A DNA stretch of 32,176 nt from Candidatus Latescibacterota bacterium (GTDB lineage: Bacteria > Krumholzibacteriota > Krumholzibacteriia > Krumholzibacteriales > WJIX01): the NCBI GenBank assembly GCA_030643145.1, contig DAOWMJ010000002.1, positions 1 through 32,176 of the forward strand, in the 5' to 3' direction. Positions within the stretch are counted from its first letter, which is position 1. Each line of letters starts with the position of its first letter. A program made the position numbers and the translations under genes. Below are positions 1 to 9,820 of the stretch, in pieces. The notes beneath the pieces were generated by a model. That model had not been told where the DNA came from. It did no database searches and worked only from the letters and a program-made list of their open reading frames with translations.

Positions 1-97
1 AGATATTGAGATTGACAGAAAAATTCTCTCAGAAATTGCTATAAATGACAGCAAAGGCTTTGAAAAACTTGTAGAAACTGCGAAGAAAGCTCTTTAA
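1..97 (+). CDS. rplT: 50S ribosomal protein L20, 3' end (partial, runs off the window)
   Basis: The frame starting at nt 2 reads DIEIDRKILSEIAINDSKGFEKLVETAKKAL*, which matches the conserved L20 C-terminus. The stop TAA (95-97) overlaps the pheS ATG (TAATG). rplT-pheS-pheT is a classic synteny. Confidence 0.75.
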   Translation, partial: DIEIDRKILSEIAINDSKGFEKLVETAKKAL

Positions 98-1137
98 TGA
101 TTGACGGAAAAATAATTGGGGAGCTTGAAAAAAGCGCGCTTGAGGAAATTTCCAAAGCAGTAAATTTTAAAGAACTTGAGAACGCACGTATCAATTATAT
201 CGGAAGAAAAGGAAAGATAACCAGTACCCTGCGTGCTATTGGGAAAATTCCAGAGGAAAAACGGCCCGAAATGGGGCAATTGATTAACGATGTAAAAATT
301 AAAGTCAGCAATGCCTATGAAGCAAAGAATTCCGAATTGTCAAGCGGTTTGTCCGATAAAGACCCTTATCCCGGTGACCCCACATTACCTGGAAGAAAGA
401 ATTGGCAGGGAGGATTACATGTATTGCATAAGGTCACAAAAGAAATAAAGGAAATCTTTTACGGAATGGGTTATTCCCTGACCGAGGGACCGGATGTAGA
501 GCTAGACTATTACAATTTTGAGGCTTTAAATTTCCCCAGTGATCATCCATCCAGAGATGCACAGGACACTTTCTATATAAACCGGGATATACTAATGAGG
601 ACTCAGACATCACCGGTTCAGGTTCGATTCATGGAGAAAAACACACCCCCTGTCAGGATAATGTCCCCGGGAAGGGTGTACAGAAACGAAACTCCAGATC
701 CTTCACATTCCGCCGAGTTCTTTCAGATGGAAGGACTTTATGTAGATAAGAATGTCTCCATGGTTGATTTGAAGAATGATCTAACTTTCTTCGTAAAAAC
801 ATACTTTGGGTATGAGGCTAAGCTAAGGTTCAGACCACATTTCTTTCCCTTTACAGAACCGAGCGCAGAAGTGGATATGTCTTGTTTTGTATGCAAGGGA
901 GAGGGATGTTCAGTCTGTGGAAAGACTGGCTGGATAGAGATAATGGGCGCTGGCATGGTACATCCGAATGTGTTTCGCTTCGTAGGGTATGAACAGGATT
1001 TATATACCGGATTTGCTTTTGGGATGGGTATTGACAGGATAGCGATGCTTAAATATGGAATTAATGATATAAGACATTTTCTGAATAACGATTTGCGGTT
1101 TCTTGAACAATTCTGGCGCCAAAAAGGGTGGGAATAA
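97..1137 (+). CDS. pheS: Phenylalanine--tRNA ligase alpha subunit
   Basis: 346-aa ORF with class II aaRS motifs (FPSDHPSRD, RTQTSPVQVR, FRPHFFPFTEPSAEVD, GAGMVHPNV, GMGIDRIAML). It is immediately followed by pheT. Confidence 0.97.
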   Translation: MIDGKIIGELEKSALEEISKAVNFKELENARINYIGRKGKITSTLRAIGKIPEEKRPEMGQLINDVKIKVSNAYEAKNSELSSGLSDKDPYPGDPTLPGRKNWQGGLHVLHKVTKEIKEIFYGMGYSLTEGPDVELDYYNFEALNFPSDHPSRDAQDTFYINRDILMRTQTSPVQVRFMEKNTPPVRIMSPGRVYRNETPDPSHSAEFFQMEGLYVDKNVSMVDLKNDLTFFVKTYFGYEAKLRFRPHFFPFTEPSAEVDMSCFVCKGEGCSVCGKTGWIEIMGAGMVHPNVFRFVGYEQDLYTGFAFGMGIDRIAMLKYGINDIRHFLNNDLRFLEQFWRQKGWE

Positions 1138-1140
1138 AAG

Positions 1141-3540
1141 GTGAAGGTAAATCTTAGTTGGTTAAAAAGATATGTTAATATTGAAGAGGATCCTGAGACT
1201 TTAGCGGCAGACCTTACAATGTTCGGACTGAATGTAGAGAGGGTTGAAAAGAAGACCCCCGGATTTGAAGGTGTTGTATTTGGACGGGTTATTGAAGTAA
1301 CTGGTCACCCAAACGCGGATAATCTTAGGGTATGTAAAGTGGATGTGGGCGGCGGAACACCTCTGAGCATTGTGTGCGGAGCCCCTAATGTCAGGCCGGG
1401 GCTTGGCGTTCCTGTAGCGGTAACCGGCGCTGTGCTTTCAGGCGATTTCAAAATAAAGAAGACTAAATTACGAGGAGAAGTTTCTGAAGGTATGATTTGT
1501 TCCCAGAGTGAACTTGAACTTGGAAATGATTCAAGTGGAATTATGGAGCTTGATTTTGAATTAGCTTACGGTACAGATCTGGCGGATAAATTGTGTGACA
1601 CTGAAGTGATTTTTGATATTGAAATAACTCCAAATCGTCCCGACCAATTATCTCATTTGGGGATTGCAAGGGAAGTCGCGGCAATGTATGACCGAGAATT
1701 AATCATGCCGGAATTAATGGAACTGCGATCGGGGGGAGATTTTAAAATCGAAATTAAAAACGGAGATGATTGTCCCCGATATTCAGCGGCTCTGATTGAT
1801 AATGTAAAAATTGAAGAATCTCCGGAATGGATAAAGCAAGATCTGATATCAGTTGGAATTAAGCCGGTTAATAATATTGTAGATATTACAAATTTTGTCT
1901 TAATGGAAATGGGTCAGCCCCTGCATGCCTTTGACAGCGACAGGTTAGCTGAATATGCGATACTTGTCAGAAGAGCTGTAAATGGGGAAAAAATAAAAAC
2001 TCTCGATGGGATCAGTAGAGAATTAAAGAGTAACAATCTTGTTATTACCGATAGAGTAAATACTATTGCTGTAGCGGGTGTGATGGGAGGAGAAGAGACC
2101 GAAATTTCTGCTCATACTGAATCTATAATACTTGAAAGCGCTATTTTTAATCCAAAAGTTATTAGACAATCAAGGAGGGAGTTAGGGTTGGATACCGAAG
2201 CTTCCTATAGGTTTGAGAGGGGTAGCGATATTGGAATAACTGTTAATGCGCTGAAACGCGCCTGTAAGTTAATCGAAGATTTAAAAGCGGGGAGTGTTAA
2301 AAAGTTATATTCCGATACCCTTGATAGTGATATAAGCGTTTATAGAAAAATGATTTCTACGCGTCGTAAAAAGGTTAACAGAATAATGGGAACAAATCTT
2401 TCTTCTGAAGAAATTGCAAGTCACCTTGAAAAATTGCAGTTGGATACAATCGTTAAGGAAGAAACGGTGAATGTTTCAGTACCAACATTCCGGTTGGATT
2501 TGAATACAGAGATTGATATAATTGAGGAAGTGGCGCGAGTATACGGATATGACAGTATAAAAGGTGAGGGAACTGGTTTAATAAATAGTTTTCCAGTGAT
2601 TGATTCAACCGACAAGAGGAATGAATATCTTTGCGAATATCTTGCTTCAAAGGGATATGCGGAAGTTATAACTTCTTCTTTCAACAGCAAAGAAGATTTG
2701 GAAACATTCGGATGGTCTGCAAATGACAGGCGATGTAATCCTGTGCAAATATCAAATCCTCTTACTTCTTCTCAATCAGTACTCAGGACTTCACTTATTC
2801 CCGGTCTTCTTGGAGTAGTAGCAAATAACCCCGTAAGTGAACGAAAAGGGATACGAATATTCGAAATGGGAAAAGTCTTTTTACACATGAACGATGGCGA
2901 CGGACTGCCAGGTGAAGAATTCTATCTCACGGCTGTGCTTACGAGAAACTCCGATCCTAGACAATGGATTTCAGAGGAAAGAAAAATCGATTATTTTGAT
3001 ATGAAGGGAGAGCTTGAATCAATTCTCTCGATATTCAATAATCTTGAAGATATCAGGATGGTCAGAAAAGAAGAGGGGAACCAGAAACATATCTTTCAAT
3101 GGTATAAAAAGAACAAATTACTTGCCGAAAGTGGAAAAATTCCTGATGAAACCGCAAAAAAATACGATATAGAATCAAAAGTATTTTATTTTGTAGTCTA
3201 TCTGGATAATCTAGAGAGAGATGGTTTTACACGGAAACGATATATTGATCCAAGTCCTTATCCTGCCGTTAAAAGGGATCTATGTGTTATGACCGGGGAA
3301 AGAGTGACATTTTCAGAAATAAAGGCTGTTATTTACAAGAATTCAAAATATTTGGAAAATATTTTACTTTTCGATTATTATAAAGACGATAAACCCGGAA
3401 ACAACAAGAGAAGTTATACTTTTACATTGAATTTCAGATCAGAAGAATCGACACTTAAAGACAAAAGAATTGATAAAATAATTGAAAAAATATTAAGGGC
3501 CCTTGAGGGACAGTTGAAAGTATTTCTTAGAAAAGAATAG
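1141..3540 (+). CDS. pheT: Phenylalanine--tRNA ligase beta subunit
   Basis: 799-aa ORF with a GTG start 3 nt after the pheS stop. The N-terminus MKVNLSWLKRYV and the tRNA-binding domain (GRVIEVTGHPNADNLRVCKVDVG) are typical, and B3_4/B5-like and C-terminal FDX-ACB-like regions are present. Confidence 0.97.
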   Translation: MKVNLSWLKRYVNIEEDPETLAADLTMFGLNVERVEKKTPGFEGVVFGRVIEVTGHPNADNLRVCKVDVGGGTPLSIVCGAPNVRPGLGVPVAVTGAVLSGDFKIKKTKLRGEVSEGMICSQSELELGNDSSGIMELDFELAYGTDLADKLCDTEVIFDIEITPNRPDQLSHLGIAREVAAMYDRELIMPELMELRSGGDFKIEIKNGDDCPRYSAALIDNVKIEESPEWIKQDLISVGIKPVNNIVDITNFVLMEMGQPLHAFDSDRLAEYAILVRRAVNGEKIKTLDGISRELKSNNLVITDRVNTIAVAGVMGGEETEISAHTESIILESAIFNPKVIRQSRRELGLDTEASYRFERGSDIGITVNALKRACKLIEDLKAGSVKKLYSDTLDSDISVYRKMISTRRKKVNRIMGTNLSSEEIASHLEKLQLDTIVKEETVNVSVPTFRLDLNTEIDIIEEVARVYGYDSIKGEGTGLINSFPVIDSTDKRNEYLCEYLASKGYAEVITSSFNSKEDLETFGWSANDRRCNPVQISNPLTSSQSVLRTSLIPGLLGVVANNPVSERKGIRIFEMGKVFLHMNDGDGLPGEEFYLTAVLTRNSDPRQWISEERKIDYFDMKGELESILSIFNNLEDIRMVRKEEGNQKHIFQWYKKNKLLAESGKIPDETAKKYDIESKVFYFVVYLDNLERDGFTRKRYIDPSPYPAVKRDLCVMTGERVTFSEIKAVIYKNSKYLENILLFDYYKDDKPGNNKRSYTFTLNFRSEESTLKDKRIDKIIEKILRALEGQLKVFLRKE

Positions 3541-3553
3541 GAGATTAATCACA

Positions 3554-3838
3554 ATGGGAGATGACACTTTGGGAAGTTTTAAGCTTCTTGAGTCAAAGAT
3601 TGAAGAAGCCGCGAATATGATTACCAGTGTAAAGGCGGAGAAAAAGAAACTGGAGGGTGAAAATAAAGAGTTGGAAGATAAAATCAAAATGTTATATATT
3701 AAGAATGAGGAACTTGTTAAAGAAGTTAATACCTTAAAAGGTGATAAGCAAAATCAAGGCGATTTTGAGAGAGTTAGAGAGGAGATTAAAACCAGGATTG
3801 AAGTAATGCTGGAGAAGCTGGATAAAATAGATATCTAG
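3554..3838 (+). CDS. Small coiled-coil protein, ZapB-like (putative division-associated partner of ZapA)
   Basis: 94 aa, almost entirely heptad-like and E/K/L-rich (KAEKKKLEGENKELEDKIKMLYIKNEELVKEVNTLK). An AGGAG RBS lies 8 nt upstream, and zapA is directly downstream. The functional call rests on architecture and context only. Confidence 0.45.
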   Translation: MGDDTLGSFKLLESKIEEAANMITSVKAEKKKLEGENKELEDKIKMLYIKNEELVKEVNTLKGDKQNQGDFERVREEIKTRIEVMLEKLDKIDI

Positions 3839-3916
3839 TAGTCAGCTTGGAAAAGAAGGATTCCTAGTATACAGGGGTGTGAAGATAATTGTCGTAGTCT
3901 AATAAAGAGGTTTTTG

Positions 3917-4213
3917 ATGATCGAAAAGAGCACTGAAATGGTGGAAATTTTTGGTCAGGATTATAAAATAAAAGGAGTGGGTGATCCAGAATACATCCAT
4001 AAGATTGCTGGTTACGTTGACAGGAAAATGAGAGAAATCGCTCATTCCAGCGGGATCATGTCACAGTCTAGAATCGCAATTTTGGCAGCGCTTAATATCG
4101 CCGATGAACTTTTTCAGGAAAAAGAAAAAGGTGCAAAAAATCGGAAAAAGTTTGAGAAACAAGCTGCGGGTTTAAGTGATTTGCTCGATTCTAAACTAGG
4201 TGCGGCAAAATAA
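3917..4213 (+). CDS. zapA: Cell division protein ZapA
   Basis: The sequence VEIFGQDYKIKG...YIHKIAGYVDRKMREI...SRIAILAALNIADELFQ matches the ZapA fold signature. The ORF track starts at TTG 3914; the adjacent ATG at 3917 is the more likely start. Confidence 0.85.
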   Translation: MIEKSTEMVEIFGQDYKIKGVGDPEYIHKIAGYVDRKMREIAHSSGIMSQSRIAILAALNIADELFQEKEKGAKNRKKFEKQAAGLSDLLDSKLGAAK

Positions 4214-4346
4214 ATATCTTCCCTTTCGGGCTGTTGGCTTATGTGGAGGGATTTAAATTGGGATTAAGCTACATACCGAAGAAAAATTCCCTACGGTGTT
4301 CGTGATAGCAAAGATTTTTTTTAGCCAACACTTTTTTCTGGGAATC
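4214..4346 (+). ncRNA. Candidate structured small RNA downstream of zapA (6S-like by position only)
   Basis: The region is non-coding. There is long-range complementarity: TTCCC 4219-4223 with GGGAA 4340-4344, and TGTTGGCT 4232-4239 with AGCCAACA 4323-4330. An inner helix pairs AGGGA(T)TTT 4247-4254 with AAA(T)TCCCT 4284-4292. A T8 run lies at 4315-4322. No covariance model was run. Confidence 0.2.
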
Positions 4347-4598
4347 CAAATATCTGATCAGTAATGCCAAGCCATGAATATGGAAGTCAGAGCTGATTAT
4401 GAGGATATCCATTATGGGTTTTTAGGCTTAAAAAGTGTTTTGCTCACGGCAATGAGTGGGGAATTTGCTTATCTCCATAATTATTTCAATATCTTAGTTT
4501 CCTCAAATTTCATCGTAAAAGGTGAATTTGTGTTAACAACTTTTGCAAACTACGGAGGTGAACAGTCCCAAAAGTTATTTGCTTAGGGATGAGTAAAT

Positions 4599-6167
4599 AT
4601 GACTGGAACTTTGTTATTTAACCTGGCGGCTGGTATCCTCGTTTTGTTTATTGGATTTCTAGTTGGTTGGTTTTTAAGCAGGAAGATTTCAAAGACTCAT
4701 ATAAAGCATACAAAGGAATTTGCTGAAAACCTAATTGCCGACGCTCAAAGAGAAGCGGAGACTCGTAAGAAAGAGTTGATGCTTGAAGCAAAAGATGAAT
4801 GGTATAAAGCAAAATTAAATTTTGAGAACGAAAGCCAGGAAACTCGCGAGGAACTGAGAAAACTTAAAAAACAGTTGGAGGACCGGGAACACAATATTGA
4901 CAGGAAAGTAGATTACCTGGAAAAACGTGAAAACGAAATCAATGAGAGAAAAAAGAACCTCGAATTGAAACTAGACGCGATCTCAGACAAAAATGATCAG
5001 CTTTCAGTAATTCTGAAGAAACAGAATGAGCAATTAGAGAAAGTCGCGGGAATGCGTACCGAGGAAGCAAGAAATCTTTTAATCTCAAATCTCGAGGAAG
5101 AAGCAAAACACAATGCAGCGAAAAAAATTCGGGAAATTAAGGATGAAGCGAACCGGACCGCGAAAAAAATAAGCCGTGAGATTATTACATTATCAATTGA
5201 GCGATGCGCGGCGGATCATGTTGTAGAGACAACTGTATCTGTAGTTGACCTTCCGAATGATGAGATGAAAGGTCGTATTATTGGTAGGGAAGGAAGAAAT
5301 ATCAGGTCTTTTGAAAACGCTACAGGTATAGATGTTATTATCGATGATACTCCGGAAGCGGTAATACTTTCAGGGTTTGACCCGGTTCGAAGGGAAATTG
5401 CAAGATTGTCTCTGAATAAGTTGATTAAAGACGGAAGAATTCATCCGGGTAGAATTGAGGATGTTGTTGAAAAAACAAAGAAAGAACTGATAGAGGAGAT
5501 GCGTGAAGTTGGAGAAAGAACATATCTTGATTTGAATATTCATGGTTTGCATCCAGAACTTGTTCTGCTTCTCGGCAGATTGAAATATAGGACTTCCTAT
5601 GGACAGAATGTTCTTCAGCATTCAAAAGAAGTTGCTTATCTTTCAAGTTTGCTGGCTGCTGAATTGGGGCTGGATATTGTTCTGGCAAAAAGAGCGGGGT
5701 TGCTGCATGATATCGGCAAGGCTGCTGATCATGAAATGGAAGGGCCACACGCGGAAATCGGCGCGAACCTGGTTCGAAAATACGGTGAGAAAGAAATAAT
5801 TGTAAATGCTGTAGCGGCTCATCATGAGGATGTTGAAAAGCAATCTCTTATAGCGCATATTGTTTCTGCCGCAGACGCTATATCCGGAGCCAGGCCTGGA
5901 GCAAGAAGAGAAACAATTGAAAATTACATTAAAAGGCTGGATAAGCTTGAAAGAATAGCTGATACCTTCGAAGGAGTTGAGAAGGCCTATGCTATTCAGG
6001 CAGGAAGGGAAATAAGAATTCTGGTAAATTCAAAACAGATTAGTGATGATTATGCTGTACAGCTTGCAGAGGATATCACACGAAAGATCGAAGATAAAAT
6101 GGAGTATCCCGGGCAGATACGCGTTGTTGTAATTAGAGAAACAAGAGTTGTAGATTACGCGAAATAG
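4599..6167 (+). CDS. rny: Ribonuclease Y
   Basis: 522 aa with an N-terminal TM helix, a long E/K coiled coil, a KH domain ([15 protein letters not shown]) and an HD domain (LLHDIGKA...AAHHED). The C-terminus reads [18 protein letters not shown]. Confidence 0.95.
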   Translation: MTGTLLFNLAAGILVLFIGFLVGWFLSRKISKTHIKHTKEFAENLIADAQREAETRKKELMLEAKDEWYKAKLNFENESQETREELRKLKKQLEDREHNIDRKVDYLEKRENEINERKKNLELKLDAISDKNDQLSVILKKQNEQLEKVAGMRTEEARNLLISNLEEEAKHNAAKKIREIKDEANRTAKKISREIITLSIERCAADHVVETTVSVVDLPNDEMKGRIIGREGRNIRSFENATGIDVIIDDTPEAVILSGFDPVRREIARLSLNKLIKDGRIHPGRIEDVVEKTKKELIEEMREVGERTYLDLNIHGLHPELVLLLGRLKYRTSYGQNVLQHSKEVAYLSSLLAAELGLDIVLAKRAGLLHDIGKAADHEMEGPHAEIGANLVRKYGEKEIIVNAVAAHHEDVEKQSLIAHIVSAADAISGARPGARRETIENYIKRLDKLERIADTFEGVEKAYAIQAGREIRILVNSKQISDDYAVQLAEDITRKIEDKMEYPGQIRVVVIRETRVVDYAK

Positions 6168-6307
6168 AAGTCGCGAAGCTACACTTAGTTCTTCTAACGG
6201 ATTCGTCAATTTGAGGGGGGAGTTTCTTTGTTGCCCGGTTGTTTATATAAGTTAAGCAAACCTGGGTTGGTAACTCTTTTGACTGGTACTGGGAAGATGG
6301 GAAGTGT

Positions 6308-7096
6308 ATGAAGGTATTACTAATTGGAGATATTCTTTCCAAAACGGGTAGAAAAGCTCTTAAAGTTGGATTGTCCGGGCTTAAGGAATTCTACGATATT
6401 GATCTTTGCGTAGCTAATGTAGAAAATGCCGCTGGTATGTTCGGGATTACCAAAAAGACAAAAGAAGCAATTTCCGACGCAGGTGTGGATATTATGACAT
6501 CCGGAAATCACATATGGGATAAAGCTGAAGGTGTTAATCTCTTGGATTCAGATGAGGATATCCTGCGTCCGGCCAATTATCCAGAAGATGCGCCTGGAAG
6601 TGGATATTTGACAACAGAGATCAACGGAATTCATGTTGCCGTTATTAATATTCAAGGAAGAGTTTTTATGCCGTCAATCGATTGTCCATTTCGAGCTGTC
6701 GATAAAATTTTACGTAATTTCGGAGATAATATAAAAATTATTATAGTTGATATTCATGCCGAGGCAACGAGCGAAAAATTGGCGATGGGGTTTTTCCTTG
6801 ACGGGAGGGTAAGTGTTGTAGTCGGGACACATACACATATTCCGACCGGCGATGAGAGAATACTGGAAAACGGCACCGCTTACCAGACTGATTTAGGTAT
6901 GGCAGGCCCCTTTGATTCAGTAATCGGGATGAGAAAAAAGGAAACAATAGACAGGTTCCTTCTTGGGATAAAGCAAAAATTCAGGGTAGGAGGAGGAATT
7001 CCGGTTATAGAAGGTCTTGTTGTTGATATAGATGACAAAACGGGTAAGGCCAAAACAGTTGAAAGAATATTGAAAAGAGTGGAGAAGGCGGATTAA
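6308..7096 (+). CDS. ymdB: YmdB-family metallophosphoesterase (TIGR00282-like 2',3'-cyclic-nucleotide phosphodiesterase)
   Basis: Motifs MKVLLIGDI, ANVENAAGMFGIT, TSGNHIWDK, VDIHAEATSEK and GTHTHIPT are present. The conserved rny-ymdB adjacency supports the call. Confidence 0.9.
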   Translation: MKVLLIGDILSKTGRKALKVGLSGLKEFYDIDLCVANVENAAGMFGITKKTKEAISDAGVDIMTSGNHIWDKAEGVNLLDSDEDILRPANYPEDAPGSGYLTTEINGIHVAVINIQGRVFMPSIDCPFRAVDKILRNFGDNIKIIIVDIHAEATSEKLAMGFFLDGRVSVVVGTHTHIPTGDERILENGTAYQTDLGMAGPFDSVIGMRKKETIDRFLLGIKQKFRVGGGIPVIEGLVVDIDDKTGKAKTVERILKRVEKAD

Positions 7097-7101
7097 CAAT
7101 A

Positions 7102-7995
7102 ATGGATTCTGAAATGAGAAAAATTATTGATGGCAAGAGTATTGCCGCCCAAATTGTATCGGAAACCGCTAAAGAAATAGAGGTTTTCTCTAAAGGCTCT
7201 CGAGTACCACATCTTGCTGTAATAATTTCGGGTGATGATTCCGCTTCCAGGATTTATGTAAGGAACAAAATTAAAACTGCAGAAAAATGTGGGATAAAAA
7301 GCGAACTCATAACCCTCCCCGATGATATTAAAGAAATAGAACTTTTTAGAAGATTAAATAAGCTGAATAATGATATTAATATCGACGGAATACTTGTTCA
7401 ATTACCACTTCCTTCTCACATAGATCCGAAAAAAGCAATTAACCAAATTTCACCTTATAAGGACGTTGATGGATTCCATCCTTATAATTTAGGAAGGATA
7501 TTGGAGGGGGATCCGCTATTTGTTCCCTGTACACCCCTGGGAATTATTGAACTAATAAAAAGATATGACGTTGATACAACGGGGAAAAACGTTGTTATTA
7601 TCGGTAGAAGTATCATAGTTGGAAAACCAATCGCAATGCTGCTTGCTGACAAATCGGAAAATGGTAATGCTACTGTTACAATCTGTCATTCAAAAACACG
7701 TGATATTAAAAAGATATTAGAAACAGCTGATATTATTGTGTGTGCTGTTGGAAAAGCGGAAATGTTAACTGGGGATATGGTTAAACCCGGAGTTGTTGTT
7801 ATCGATGTAGGAATAAACAGGGTTAAGGACGTGACTAAAAAGAAAGGGTACAGATTGGTAGGTGATGTTGATTTCGAATCGGTTAGCAAAAAGGCTTCTC
7901 TGATCACGCCTGTACCGGGCGGCGTAGGTCCGATGACTGTAGCTATGCTTATGAGAAACACTTTAAAAGCAGCAAGGTTGAAGTGTAAAAAATGA
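7102..7995 (+). CDS. folD: Bifunctional methylenetetrahydrofolate dehydrogenase / methenyl-THF cyclohydrolase
   Basis: Motifs IIDGKSIA, SRIYVRNKIK, GILVQLPLP, DVDGFHP, VVIIGRSIIVGKP and PVPGGVGPMTVAML are present. Confidence 0.95.
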   Translation: MDSEMRKIIDGKSIAAQIVSETAKEIEVFSKGSRVPHLAVIISGDDSASRIYVRNKIKTAEKCGIKSELITLPDDIKEIELFRRLNKLNNDINIDGILVQLPLPSHIDPKKAINQISPYKDVDGFHPYNLGRILEGDPLFVPCTPLGIIELIKRYDVDTTGKNVVIIGRSIIVGKPIAMLLADKSENGNATVTICHSKTRDIKKILETADIIVCAVGKAEMLTGDMVKPGVVVIDVGINRVKDVTKKKGYRLVGDVDFESVSKKASLITPVPGGVGPMTVAMLMRNTLKAARLKCKK

Positions 7996-8126
7996 GTGAT
8001 ATATGACAAAGTGGCACCGACCGCTTATTTTGTTAAAGCTACATGTTGAATGGAGCAAAAGTTGTGCAGAAAAGATATAACGTTGATCTGCGGCAGCGTG
8101 ATATTTGATAATTTGAACTGACGTGC

Positions 8127-9611
8127 TTGAGTTCGCAATTCAATTGTCAATGGGGGGAGTTAGATCGGGAGGGCAGTAAGATAAATATTCAAGAAGAAAT
8201 TTATACTGTTTCTGAAATCAACGAAGCACTCAGACAAAATTTGGAGAGCGAGTTTCCTTCTGTAAACATCATAGGAGAAATAGCAAATTTCAAAGCGCAT
8301 TCTTCAGGTCATTTCTATTTTACACTTAGAGATGAAAGAAGTTTGATACGTGCTGTTCTGTTCAGAAATTATGTTAAAAATTTGTCTTTCGGTCCTGATG
8401 ATGGGATGATGGTATACGCACAAGGGCGCATAACTCATTTTTCACCCCAGGGAATGACTGAGCTGATCACATATTATATGGAACCCGCGGGGCGTGGCGA
8501 GCTTGAATTAAAGATGAGAAGACTTCTGGAAAAGTTTGAAAGAGAAGGGCTTCTTGACCCTGAAAAAAAGAGGCCAATACCAGAGTATCCGGAAAGAATA
8601 GCCATTATTACTTCAGCTACCGGTTCCGTTATAAAAGATATTACTGATACTCTTGGCAGAAGATGGCCTGTAGCCGAACTTATTCATATTCATACCGATG
8701 TTCAAGGATCAGGAGCGGTTAAATCCGTATCGGAAGCGTTTGATAAATTAAATGATATGGAGAACATAGATCTTGTTATATTGGCAAGGGGGGGTGGGAG
8801 TATTGAGGATTTGTGGACATTCAATACTGAAGCAGTAGCAATATCTGTAGCTAATTCAAAATATCCTGTGATTACCGGCATTGGACATGAAACAGACACA
8901 ACTGTAGCTGATTATGTTTCCGATTTGAGGGCCGCGACACCAACAGCAGCAGCTGAACTTTCGGTTCCCTCCATTCAAGATGTGGCGAATAGTATTGATA
9001 CGCGGATGGAGCAGCTTAGGAAGGGCTGTCTGCGGGAATCGCGAAGGAGAATTCAGCTAGTAGAGTATCTTTTGAGCAGTAATGTTTTTCCGGCGGTGAT
9101 TTATAAGCTTGAACGATCAGGGTTGATGCTCGATGATAAAATCGAGAGATTAGCGCAATGGTGGCCGTGGCATAGAAGGGAAAAGACAGACGATATATCG
9201 AAAGGGATTCAATCGATTGAAAGATCGATAGATAATAAAAACGGGTACCTCAGGAAAAGGTTGGGCGGTTTGGCAGAAGCGCTCTTTGCCCGGAATCCAA
9301 AAGTTTTTGTAAAGACTTCGTTGGAGACTCTGAAGAATTATTTGTATCTTATAAGAGCTAATACAGAAAGGGGACTAAATTATTCTATAAAGGAACTTGA
9401 TGGCAAGATTCGAGCCCTGAACACTCTTAACCCGGGGAATGTGTTGAAGAGGGGCTATGCCATATGCACCAAAAGCAACAGCAATGAAATAATAAAGAGT
9501 GTAACTGCTGTTAATGAGGGAGAAAGTGTTTTGGTTTATTTATACAGGGGGGGGATTGAATGTGAAGTTAAAGGAAAAAGAGGAGAGAGTAAATGGCTAA
9601 AAAACCATTAA
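8127..9611 (+). CDS. xseA: Exodeoxyribonuclease VII large subunit
   Basis: An OB-fold N-terminus (IYTVSEINEALRQNLESEF...GEIANFKAHSSGHFYFTLRD) and a catalytic core (ARGGGSIEDLWTFN, TGIGHETDTT, DLRAATPTAAAE) are present. TTG at 8127 is the only canonical in-frame start, so the start is uncertain. Confidence 0.9.
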   Translation: MSSQFNCQWGELDREGSKINIQEEIYTVSEINEALRQNLESEFPSVNIIGEIANFKAHSSGHFYFTLRDERSLIRAVLFRNYVKNLSFGPDDGMMVYAQGRITHFSPQGMTELITYYMEPAGRGELELKMRRLLEKFEREGLLDPEKKRPIPEYPERIAIITSATGSVIKDITDTLGRRWPVAELIHIHTDVQGSGAVKSVSEAFDKLNDMENIDLVILARGGGSIEDLWTFNTEAVAISVANSKYPVITGIGHETDTTVADYVSDLRAATPTAAAELSVPSIQDVANSIDTRMEQLRKGCLRESRRRIQLVEYLLSSNVFPAVIYKLERSGLMLDDKIERLAQWWPWHRREKTDDISKGIQSIERSIDNKNGYLRKRLGGLAEALFARNPKVFVKTSLETLKNYLYLIRANTERGLNYSIKELDGKIRALNTLNPGNVLKRGYAICTKSNSNEIIKSVTAVNEGESVLVYLYRGGIECEVKGKRGESKWLKNH

Positions 9612-9820
9612 ATTTTGAAAATTCTATGGAAAGGCTGGAAGATATAGTACGAAAACTTGAGGACGAGAGTATACCTCTTGAAGATAGTATAAGACTGTAC
9701 GAGGAAGGGATTAAGATAGGCAAGAAATGCAGAAATATTCTTGATCAAGCCGATCGGAAAATCAAACAACTTTCAAAACCTGATTCACATAATTCGAAAA
9801 AAGATGTGATTGATGAATAG
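9593..9820 (+). CDS. xseB: Exodeoxyribonuclease VII small subunit
   Basis: 75 aa. FENSMERLEDIVRKLEDESIPLEDSIRLYEEG is the canonical XseB helix-hairpin. The gene overlaps xseA by 19 nt. Confidence 0.9.
   Translation: MAKKPLNFENSMERLEDIVRKLEDESIPLEDSIRLYEEGIKIGKKCRNILDQADRKIKQLSKPDSHNSKKDVIDE

Noticed and set aside
4221-4230. CCCTTTCGGG hairpin right after the zapA stop as an intrinsic terminator.
   Set aside because: The stem is only 3 bp and no T-tract follows it. The T8 run at 4315-4322 is not preceded by a convincing GC-rich stem either.
4374-4586. 70-aa plus-strand ORF in the zapA-rny spacer.
   Set aside because: It has no RBS-like sequence, no recognisable family, and a composition unlike the neighbouring genes. 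I kept it only as an alternative explanation within the spacer finding.
8012-8026. TGGCAC hexamer upstream of xseA as a sigma-54 promoter.
   Set aside because: The downstream GC lies 10 nt from the GG instead of 12 (TGGCACCGACCGCTT), and there is no TTGC element. The spacing is incompatible with -24/-12 recognition.
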